IMG/VR virus record: IMGVR_UViG_3300044609_000988 | Span: 17,109-81,108 of that record | Strand: one strand, 5' to 3' | From: a virus | DNA: 64,000 nt | Shown here: positions 1 through 11,300 of the stretch, in pieces | Position numbering within the stretch: the stretch's first letter is position 1 | How the letters are laid out: each line of letters starts with the position of its first letter | Notes under the pieces: model-generated | What the model was told of the DNA's origin: nothing | The model's database searches: none | The model's input: only the letters and a program-made list of their open reading frames with translations | Program-made: the position numbers and the translations under genes

Positions 1-2
1 GT

Positions 3-167
3 GAGGACTTTATTCAATCAGGTATGACTCTGATTTCAGACCTTTCTTCCGAAAAATACCTTAAGAAAATTCATAAAAATCAATATAAAGTTCCTGAGAA
101 CCGACTTTCTCGCCAGTGTGGTGGGGCTGGTGGCTTCGATGATTTTGTAGAAAGGTTCGAAGAATAG
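3..167 (+). CDS. 3' end of a small hypothetical protein, truncated by the window edge (…EDFIQSGMTLISDLSSEKYL…QCGGAGGFDDFVERFEE*)
   Basis: Open frame from base 3 to TAG at 165-167, translated by hand and absent from the ORF track. Lies directly upstream of gp25. Confidence 0.7.
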   Translation, partial: EDFIQSGMTLISDLSSEKYLKKIHKNQYKVPENRLSRQCGGAGGFDDFVERFEE

Positions 168-169
168 AA

Positions 170-177
170 CATAAATA
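170..177 (+). promoter_or_regulatory. T4-type late promoter (CATAAATA) for gp25/gp6
   Basis: One mismatch to TATAAATA, intergenic, 19 nt before the gp25 start. Confidence 0.7.
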
Positions 178-196
178 ACAATAAACATTTATTTGT

Positions 197-589
197 GTGG
201 CTAAGACTCTTACCTTTAAAGATCTGAATATCACATTTAAGCCTCATCCTATCACTGGCGATCTAATCGTCACCAAGGATGAGGCTGCCATCAAGCAGTC
301 TGTTGTTAACCTATTGTTAACCAACAGAGGTGAGAGATTTTTCAACGCAAATTTAGGTTCTTCTATTTCTTCATTATTGTTCGAACCTCTTGATTATGGT
401 ACTGCTGGTATGGTATCAGCAGAGATTGAAAATACTCTGAAAGCATATGAGCCAAGAATTAAAGTTCTTGCAGTGAATACAGTACCTGATTTTGATCAAA
501 ATGGTTTTGATATTGAATTAATCTTCGAAATTATTGGTAGAGAAGACGTTCCACTTAATGTAGCATTTTTCCTAGAGAGAACACGATAA
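197..589 (+). CDS. gp25: Baseplate wedge subunit gp25
   Basis: AIKQSVVNLLLTNRGERFFNANLGS and YEPRI motifs of the gp25/GPW family; GTG start; adjacent to gp6. Confidence 0.93.
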   Translation: MAKTLTFKDLNITFKPHPITGDLIVTKDEAAIKQSVVNLLLTNRGERFFNANLGSSISSLLFEPLDYGTAGMVSAEIENTLKAYEPRIKVLAVNTVPDFDQNGFDIELIFEIIGREDVPLNVAFFLERTR

Positions 590-2389
590 ATGCCATACGC
601 TCAGGTATCTAATTTAGATTTCACACAAATTAAGACTGCACTCAAAGAATATTTGAGAGCGCAGACTAGTTTTACTGATTATGACTTTGAAGGGTCGGTA
701 TGGAGTAATCTGCTTGACGTACTTGCCTATAATACCTACTACACGGCGTTTAACACCAATCTGGTAGTCAATGAGCTATTCCTAGATTCAGCCACCCTCA
801 GGGACAACGTAGTAGCCTTAGCGAAGCAATTAGGCTACCGTCCCAAGTCAATCACAGCCCCCAAGGCTTTAGTTAGTTTTAATGTCGAATTTAGTGGCAC
901 AGCACCCAAAGAGATTATCCTAAAGAAAGGAACTGGGTTTGTAACATCATTTGACGACAATTTATACCAGTATGTTGCAACTGAAGATCACACTGCTTCT
1001 GTAGTTAATGGTGAAGCTTCGTTTTCTCAAGTTGCAATTTACGAAGGATCATTAATCACAAATACTTTTACAGTTAATACTGGATTACAAAGTCAGCGTT
1101 TTATTCTCCAAAACCCTGCAATTGATACCACTAGCATTAGAGTTAAAGTATACCCATCAGCTAACGCTACTTCATACAAGATTTACCAACTTGCTGATAA
1201 CATTTTAAATATTGACCCATCATCAAATGTTTTCTTTATTGAAGAAATTGAAGATGAAAAATACGAAGTTTTCTTTGGTGATGGTATTTTAGGTAGAAAA
1301 TTAGAGAACGGTGAGTATATTGAGATTAGTTATCTCACCACAAACGGTTCTGATACGAATGGAGCTAGATCTTTCACCTTCAGTGGTGTTTTAGAAGACT
1401 TAGAAGAAAATTCAGACTACCCGCTAAGCATTGTTAATGTAACTACTAATGCTGCTGCTAGTGGTGGCGAAGAAGTAGAAAGCATTTCGAAGATCAAATT
1501 TAATGCTCCGAAGTATTATGGCACTCAAGATCGTGCAGTTACAGCCGCTGATTATGCTGCTATTGTCAGGAATATTTACCCAGCGGTCGCTGATATCATT
1601 ATTTACGGTGGCGAAGAAGCAGAACCACCTGAATATGGTAAAGTAAAGATTTCAATCAAGCCAAATAACTCAGCTGCACTATCTTCATATACAAAACAAG
1701 AAATTGTACGTGAATTGAAGAAGTATATGGTTGCCTCGGTAACTCCTGAAATTATTAATCCATCTATATTGTATGTTGAGTTATCATCTAAAATTTTCTA
1801 CAACAGACAGATCACAACATTAGTTCCTGAAGAAATTCGTTCAAAAGTAATTTCTGGACTACAAAATTATATTGATACATCTGACGTTGAAAAATTCAAT
1901 GGTAAATTTAGATACAGTAAAGCAGTTGGCGTAATTGATGACGCAGACAGGTCAATTAATTCCAACCAAACAACCGTAATGATGAGAAAGGATTTTTATC
2001 CTTCTATCAACTCAACCTTCTTTTATGAGGTTTGTTTCCAGAACCAATTCTACATTGATTGTGAAGAGCCTGTGATGCAATCATCTGGGTTTGTTGTTAG
2101 CGAATATCCCAATTATACAGTGTATTTGGAAGATAGGGCTGCCAAAATTGTCCTATATAGAATAGACTCTTTAACTGGTGATAAGATTGTTTTGAACGAT
2201 TTTGTTGGAGACATAAATTATGAAAAGGGAGAGATTATGCTGTATGATTTAACTATCATAAAAGGTAGTTATTTTGACAATCGAATCGAGATTCGTGTAA
2301 AACCAGCGTCCAATGATATCAATGCTTTGAGAAATGTATACCTTGACATTGATATTGCAAACAGTAAGTTCATCGCATATCAAGAGTAA
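590..2389 (+). CDS. gp6: Baseplate wedge subunit gp6
   Basis: LDFTQIK…FTDYDFEGS…LLDVLAYNTYY, FGDGILG and QDRAVTAADY motifs. Confidence 0.95.
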   Translation: MPYAQVSNLDFTQIKTALKEYLRAQTSFTDYDFEGSVWSNLLDVLAYNTYYTAFNTNLVVNELFLDSATLRDNVVALAKQLGYRPKSITAPKALVSFNVEFSGTAPKEIILKKGTGFVTSFDDNLYQYVATEDHTASVVNGEASFSQVAIYEGSLITNTFTVNTGLQSQRFILQNPAIDTTSIRVKVYPSANATSYKIYQLADNILNIDPSSNVFFIEEIEDEKYEVFFGDGILGRKLENGEYIEISYLTTNGSDTNGARSFTFSGVLEDLEENSDYPLSIVNVTTNAAASGGEEVESISKIKFNAPKYYGTQDRAVTAADYAAIVRNIYPAVADIIIYGGEEAEPPEYGKVKISIKPNNSAALSSYTKQEIVRELKKYMVASVTPEIINPSILYVELSSKIFYNRQITTLVPEEIRSKVISGLQNYIDTSDVEKFNGKFRYSKAVGVIDDADRSINSNQTTVMMRKDFYPSINSTFFYEVCFQNQFYIDCEEPVMQSSGFVVSEYPNYTVYLEDRAAKIVLYRIDSLTGDKIVLNDFVGDINYEKGEIMLYDLTIIKGSYFDNRIEIRVKPASNDINALRNVYLDIDIANSKFIAYQE

Positions 2390-2394
2390 TCTAG

Positions 2395-5300
2395 ATGGCT
2401 CCAAAAACTAGAAAAATTTCAACCCTCGTCGAACAACAGTTACCAGGGTTCATATCTTCCGAATACGTAAATTTTTCTAAGTTCGTAGAAAAGTACTACG
2501 AGCAGTTAGAGTCGCAGGGTCAACCCATCGATATTATTAGTAATATCACAAAATATCGTGATATTGACTTCTATGAAGAGAATCTTTTAAATCAATATAC
2601 CACACTAGTATCTAATATTAGTGATAATGCTGCTAGTATTACTGTATTAGATGCAACATCATTCCCTAAAGAGAATGGTTATATTCGCATCAATAATGAA
2701 ATCTGTTTCTACAAATCTAGAACAGATACAGAATTTTTAGATGTTTCTAGAGGAGTTAGTGGAAATACTACTCTAGGAGACCTTTATTCAGAAACTACAT
2801 TTGTATCTACAGAATCAGCCTCCCATGAAGCGGGGCAGTTAGTTTATAATGTAAGTAATCTGTTTTTATATGCATTCATTAAAAACTTCGAGTCTCAGTA
2901 CTTAGGAGCTTTCCCAGAAAAGTATTTGAAGGGTCAGGTTGATAAAAGAACCCTGATCAAAAATATCAGTAAATTTTATAAAGCAAAAGGTACTGATAAG
3001 TCAATTAAATTTATTTTTAATTCTATTGTATCCAGAGATGCAGGAGATATCCCTGAAGTATACAATCCAAAAGATTCCACAATCAAAGCATCTACTTCTG
3101 ATTGGGTATCAACATACTCTTTAAAAGTAAAGTTTCTGTCTGGAGATCCTTTATCAATAATTGGAGAACGTCTAACTCAAGCACTAGACGAAACAAAGCC
3201 AGATATGCTGTATGCATCGGCTATTGTTGATAACGTTGTATTCAAAGGATCTACAGAAGAAGGTGACATATACGAAATTATATTAGATCCAGCTACAATT
3301 AATGGAACATTTGAGATTGCTTCCAAAACAACATTAAGAAAATCAATCACCACAGGATTATCCACAGGACAAAAAATTAATGTAGGTTCCACCATGGGTT
3401 GGAAGTCTACTGGAAAAATTTTGATTGGCAATGAAGTTATCAAATATAATGCAAAAAATGCAACTCAATTTGTAGTAGATCAACGAGGAACACCGCCTTC
3501 TACACATTTTGCAGGAGATAATGTATATTCATTCTCGACAGTAACTTGCAAAGAAACATCTTTACTAACTTTAGGAATTTTATACAACTTAAATGTTGCT
3601 CAAGCAGCACCTTATTCCGAAGAAAAAGATGCTATCCAAATTTCAGATTCTGGTTTTGAAACCAGAGATCCAATAATTTTTAATAAGACAACAAATAATG
3701 TTAGGTGGATTATTAACGAATCCAATCTTTCACCAAGTATTCAATCTAATGTAGCACTTCAAAATGCTGTTTCTGAAGAACTCGCTAATGTTTCAGCAAT
3801 TTACGAAGATGACCAGTATTATTACATCTGTTCTTCTGGTTATCCATCACATGATATTTTGTCGAGTGAAGTTGACGTAAACTTAGTTGGTCAGAATTTA
3901 CTTCGTTTAATCAGAAAAAATCCCACCACAACAACAGAAGTATACTCAACTGGCAATAGAGACGTTGGTATTTTTGTTGATGGTACACTAGTTTTAAACC
4001 ACAAAGACAGTGAATTTGTCAATTTTGGCAAAATTACTAAAATAACAGTAACAAAAAATGGCACAGGGTACAAGAACCCTCCATTTGTATTAATTAACGA
4101 TCAACCAAAGAAAGCCAATGCATCTTTATCAGGTGAAGTTTTAGAATCAATTGCGATCAATACTACCGAATCATTTACAAGAATTCCTTCAATAACTATA
4201 ACTTCTGGTAGAGGAGCCAAAGTAGATGCTGTAGTTACTAGTGGCAAGATAACTAGTTTAATTATTAGAAATCCAGGTGAATACTATTCATCTCCACCTG
4301 TTATTAGAATCACTGATTTGGCAGGTAGAGGCAAATTTGCAGATTATACAGCTGTAATATCACCAAAAGGTCAACTTGTAGATTTTGTCAAAGTAGACGA
4401 AGGGAAGTTTTACACCAAAGAAAATGTTGTAGTTGAAGTAATAGAAGATGCTAGAGGAACAGAAGCAAGTGCATTTGCTGAAATCGAGAAGTGGTCTTTT
4501 GATAGATTAAAGAAAAATGAATTAAAAGTTGATGACAGCTATGGTTATGTTGTCGAAACTTATGATAGTATCAATAGACAAGATAAAGATTATGTTTACG
4601 GCAGAATAGCAAACCCAACCAGATTGAGAATACTGCTCAATGATAATTTAAATTCTGCATTTAACGAGCCATCATATAAAACTCATTCACCAATACTTGG
4701 TTTTGCTTATGATGGTGTGCCAATTTATGGTCCATTTGGATACCAAAATCCAACAGATCCTTCTTCTTTGGTAGTAAGGTTATCTTCTGGTTATCAATTA
4801 AAATCTTCTCGTCTAAATGGTCCTTCGGTAAACACATATCCATTAGGTACTTTTATTGAAGACTATGAATGGAAACCATCTGTCAACACAGGAAAAACAG
4901 AGCTAGACGAAAATAATGGTAGATTTTGTGTTACTCCTGATTATCCAAATGGTGTTTATGCGTATTTCTTGACAGTCAATTCAAGTAATGTTCCAGTTTT
5001 TCCTTATATTTTAGGTAAAAACTATTATTCTTTACCTGTAGACTCTAATTACAATTCAAATATTTCACAAAATGATCTTCCAGTAAAAGCTAGAAGATTA
5101 AGAACTCCTGAATTAGAAAATAATGGCTCTAGTGCATATGCTTATATTGAAAGTGTCAAAACTGGTGGAGTATCTGGTGCTACAGTAGAAGATTCCCACA
5201 ATAACTTTAAAGTTGGTTCTGTAGTAAGAATCAATAATTCGAATACTGAAGGAAGTGGGGCAGCAGCTTCAGTAGCCTCTGTTGTAGGCAAAAATGTTTT

Positions 5301-8300
5301 ATCTCTGGAAACAAAACAAACAAAAGCTACAGAAATTAAAACGTTACAGACTGCATATTATTTTGAAGGTGATACTATCACCCAACCATCAACTGGTGCT
5401 GTTGGTACATTAATTGGTAACGTAATTAATAACAATCAATTAGTTTTAAGAGATGTTAGTGGATCTTTTGAACCAAATGAAGAAATTGAATCCACTATTA
5501 ATGTAATTAATTTAGTTTTAAGTCAAAACTCTTCATTTACTGCAGGTAGTGTCATATCTTTATCAAATGGCATTGATGATCCAGTAGCTACTGGATTGGT
5601 TTTAGAAACTACTAACAATCAAAATAGTTTAAAATTAAAAGTATTAACTGGTAATTTCTTAGTTGATAACACCTTATTCCTAAAGAGTGGTAACTTAAAT
5701 GATACTGTTGGTTCTAAAATTATTATTCTAAATTCATTAAGTATTGGCATCGTTGCTAACACAATTAATGACAATATTGCCATTGTAGAAACAGATGAGA
5801 ATCACAATCTAACTATTGGCGATAAAGTTATTATTGATGTAAATCCAGATGATTCTTTAACTGAAACAGAATATTATGTCAGAAAAAGATATTATCAAAA
5901 AGTAACATTAAAAGCTCCTAGAGTAATCAAAAAGATTAATGACCTTGGTTTAGGTCGTTATGATCTATTAAATAGTGGCGTAGATTACTCTGTCGGCACT
6001 TATACCAACGTAGAATTAGTTTTTCAAAATAATACTACAGCAAGAAATGAAATTGGTCTTCCTGGCGATCCTGGTAACGCTAGAGCTACTATAATCGTTT
6101 CTGGTGCAAATGGTTCTAATTATGGTGGAGTTGTACAGGTAATAATCACAAATAAAGGTACTGGTTACAGAAAAGGAGATATTTTAACTGTAGCCGATGA
6201 TGATCTGAATAGATTAGTATCGAGTGTTTCTACACAAAGACTTACTTTATTAGTTGATCATGTTGGATTTGCTAAAGAAAATACAGAATTGAAATTGAAT
6301 TCTATTGTTAGTGTTTCTAATGATGACCTTTTACAGATAGGTGACGAAATTGTTAAAGTTACTTCTGTAAACGAAATCAATAAATCTGTCTTTGTTGTTC
6401 GTGGTCAAAATCAAACTCGTATTGTAGATCATTATAATGGCAAAGAAATATCTTCATTGAATGCAAGATACAGATTTACTGAAGAACAAAGAATTAAAGG
6501 TGATGGATTAAATGATCCATATGTATCTTCTTATGACGAAAAAACACAAGAACTAACATTGGTGTTTGATTACTCTTCATCATCTCCAAATCAACTACTA
6601 AGAAGTAATACTTTTTATGATGCAAGCAGCCCAAGAAAATTAGTAACTATTTCTTCCACGGATTCTTCTGAATATAGACTAGAATTTTCCAAAGATAACA
6701 CAAATTTTGCTGCCAATCCAGTTGTACAAATCCAAAAATACTACAAATACAGATTTGATGTAAGTCATTTTTCAATGACTGATACTTATTTGGACTTTTC
6801 TTCCAGTTCAAATTATAATGTATTTACAGAAGAAAAGTTTGTAAGTAGCATTTCTCCTGGCAACCCTGGATCTTATTTGTCGATTAAATTGGGATTTGGA
6901 CCAAATATTTCAACAAATACATTTGAGCAGAAAAAACCAATCAATTTCACCAATTATTTTTATTTTATTAAAGTATCTGATGTAAATACACAAAATTCGT
7001 ATCTACAAGTAGTAGATGATCCACTGACAGGAGAAAAGGAAGTAGTTTATTCCACAGATACTAAATTTGTTTACAATCTATCTGGCGTTCCAGAATATGA
7101 TGGTACAGGTACAATCGATTACACAACATCATCTAAATTTGCTATCGGCAAAATAAACAGTATATTAATTGAAAATTTTGGAGATGATTATCGTCGTGTT
7201 CCTACTGTGTATGGAATTGATGTTGCCGAAGAGTATGAAGCTAAAATTGATGTGATTTATGATGCTGTAGAGAAAAAAATTAAATCTATTGCTATTATTG
7301 ATGGTGGGTCAAATTATTCCAAACCAAAAGCAATTGTTGTAGATGGAGATGGATCTGATGCTCAATTTGAAGTATCAGTAGATTCGGGCGCAATTAATAG
7401 AGTTACTGTTCGCAACGAAGGAAGAAATTACTCATATCTCCCAACAATAAAGATTATAGAAACTGATGTAAAAGTATATTTTTCTAGTAATAATATTGGC
7501 ATTCCCCAAACAGTTAGTATTGTCGAAAATGGTTATGCCTTCCATAACGACAAAACATTATATCCCGAATTTAAATCTCCAACAACACTACTTCTTGAAG
7601 ATGTAGTAGACAATGCTTTTGCTATAGGCGAAAAGGTAGTTCAATATGATAACGGAAATATTATTTTTTCTGCTGTTGTTGCCAAAAATGGATTTAGACC
7701 AGGAAGCAATATTCTTAGACTTGAAAAAATTAATGGTGTAATTGATAAATCATTACCAATCAAAGGCACGGTCAAAAATAATACTGCGACGATTAAGGCA
7801 GTATTATCAACTGTATTTGCTCCAGATATCAGAACCTTCTTTGACAATCAAGGAAGATTTGCTTCGGATAAAGGAAAGATTGGTGTTTCTTCGCAAAAGA
7901 TCACTGATTCATTCTTTTATCAAGATTACTCTTATGTAATTAAATCAAAAACTCCAATTTCTGTTTGGAGAGATTTAATTAAAGAAACTGTACACCCAGC
8001 TGGTTTTAAACTGTTTGGCGAAGTTGCGGTAGAATCTGATGGCAATACTTCTATGCCATCAGAAATAGAAGCAAATAAAACAGAGTCAGTTACATTTATA
8101 AATCTTGGAGCAAAAAATATTTCCGTAATTGGAACTAGAAGATATGTAACCGAATCATTTGTAAACTTAAATGCTTTTAAAGTCGAAAGAGGTCTTGGAT
8201 CTATTTCGGTAGATACTTTTGATAATTCAGAAACTATCGCTGGCGAATTTATTCTTTCCACTCCGTTTAATGGTAGATTAGATTCTTATGATGGTCAGCC

Positions 8301-11300
8301 AATTGGAGATACTGTTTTTACATTAATTGATAAAAAATCTGGATTGCCAATTGCTCCATATAATGAGCAACAATTAATAATTACTTTAGATGGAGTTTTA
8401 CAAGAACCTGGCGAAGCATACACTGTAAGCGGCACACAGATTACTTTTAGTTATCCTCCGTTTGGATCAAACACAACAGAAGGTCAATATGTTACTGGCC
8501 AGAAATTTTATGGTAGATATTTTAAATTCAAGACAGATGATTTAAATTTTGAATACTTAAGAAAATTAAGATCAATTGAGTCTGAATTTGATGGCGTAAA
8601 TATGCAATTTGATTTGTATTATGACAATAATGATATAGTAAAGACAGATAAAAATGAGAATTTAATCATAACATTAAACTCAATTGTTCAAAAAGCAAAA
8701 TCATCTGTTATTGATACTTCAACTGAAGAGTTAAATTATTTACCAGAAAAAAATTCATATTATATCTTAAGATCAGATGATCCTGATGTTACTGATAAAA
8801 TTGTATTTTCTGATCCACCGATCAAACATTCTGACATAGATGAAAATACCGAGCCACAACTATCTGGCAGGGAGTCTTCATTTGGATATACAATTGGTTC
8901 TTACTTGAGATTAAAAATTAATAATGATTTAATTGAGTATAGAAGAACTGGCCCATTTTTAATCATTGATGAAATTACTCAACGAGTAAAGAAAATTGAT
9001 AATTCAAAATACGCTTTAGTTTTTATTGATGGTGTTCTACAAGTAGAAGGAGAATCATATAGAATAAGTGGTCCTACAATAACATTTACTAAACCATTAA
9101 ATTATTTTGTGTCAGAAAGTGGCGAAGCCATTTATCCTGATGTCAATATAATTCTATTATATGGTAGAGATATTGCTCAATCATTAACAGTTTATGATTT
9201 TGAAAAAGATACTTTCTACAATAAATTAACATTAACAATTACTGGTTCTGGTACATATACCCAGTTTATAAATTGGTATGGTCCTGTAGGAACGAAAGAA
9301 ATTTGGGTATATCAAAATAATAAAGCACTAGGAAAATTAAGAGCTTTTAGAAAAGCAACGGAAACCCAATGGAATATAACTTTATCATCACAAAACGTCT
9401 TATACAATTCTAATTACTCGCTCAAATTTTCTACCCATCCAGGTCTGAATGATCCTTCAGATCTGACCATTTCTGGCCCATATCAACTTTCTACTTTATA
9501 CGAACAGAATACTGATGGAGATAGATTATTAAGCAGATCTAGCAGCAGATACTTATATGGTTCTGAATTAGCTGACAAAGCTTGGTATGAACAAACCAGA
9601 TCATATGCTAATTTACATCCAGGTGATTTAATTAAAATTGATGGAGAAAAAGCATATCGTGAAGTTTCATCAATACCAGCTAAAGTAAAAACAAAAGATT
9701 ATCGTTATGATTCTTTTGTGAGTAATAATGTTTATAGCAAAATTTTTGCTACAAACTATAATGATATTGTTAGAGGCGAAGGACTAGCAGTTATTGCAAA
9801 TATCGCCAATGGAAAAGTTGTTTCTTTAGATTGGAATAAGAGAGAATTAGAATTATATTTTAAATATAACTTATTATTGCAACCAACTGCATATCAATAT
9901 TATACACCACCAATTTTACAGTTTATTCCAAATGATAAAACTGGTGGTGGTGCTAGAGCTGAAGTTATTGTATATGATGGTCAAGTAATTGATCTTAAAT
10001 TACTTGACGGTGGTTCTGGATACATAGAAGCTCCTACAGTAGTAGTTTCTAGGGGTTATGATATTATCAAGGATCCTAATAGGAAAATTGATAGCTTTAC
10101 TGAGCTGAATTTAAATATAGAAATTACTGGATTTACATTAACTTTTTCTAGCTTTGTTGATGTACAAACTGCTAGAGTTGAAGGTAATGTACTAGAAATT
10201 ATTTCTTTTAATGGTCCTAATAATCTCAGTATTGAAGGAAATATCACTGCAATCATTCAAACAATTAATGATGTTGGATTAGAAAATAAAAAATTATACA
10301 CAGAACTTTATGTTTCTGCTGGATTTATTAGACCAATTGAATTCAGTAGTATTGTTTCTACTGATAGACAGATTACAAATATTATTGATGTTCCATTCGA
10401 TGTAATTTCTCGTTCTACAGTAACTTCAACTGATAGACAAATCACAAAGAATATTACCAAAGTAGTTAATAATTCTATTATTGAAACTGCACCATATTCT
10501 ATTAATGATGTTGGAGCATTCTTGGATCTTCCCCTCACTGAAACTGATACTATTGTTTATATTCCTGATACAAGCAGATTCCCAGATTCTAGTAGATTAC
10601 TTATTGGAAAAGAAATTGTAACTTATAACAAAAAGCTAAGTGATCGTTTCTTAGATGTTGCTCGTGGAACATTCGGAACTACTGCAACAACTCATAATGC
10701 AGGTGATTATCTTAGACACTTACCTGAACTTGTAACTGTAGTTTCTGCTGGGCCAACTACAGAAATTATTACCGAAGTTACTGTATCTCAAATCAGTACT
10801 ACTTATTTTGAATCGGTAAGAAGCACTCAGGTTTTATATGATGATACTCCTGTAGTAACTATACAAGATACAGCTACAAATATTATATCAATTGAGCAAA
10901 TTGACATACAAAATGCAAATAGCCGTATAGTTACTGAAATTGTTATTGCTCCACCAGATTCTAAGATCACTAGTTTTGTTACTACGATACAGCAAAATGG
11001 CACTGAGTACGTAACTGGTATTAATTCTGTAATTGATACTTATCAACAAATTTATTCTTCATCAATACAAACGATACTTGCTAATTCTATTGAGACAATA
11101 AGTTCTGCCACAAACACAATTGTTAATACCGACATTGAAATTCTAAAAGAAACAGCAGAACTAATAAGTCAATTTAATAATGTAATTTCTTCTTCAATTG
11201 TATCGGAAATTGATGTTCCTGTTTCTGCATACACATTTAGTAAAGTAATTACAACTAATGTAGCTAAAAATGCAGATATTGAAATATTCCGCAAGTTTGG

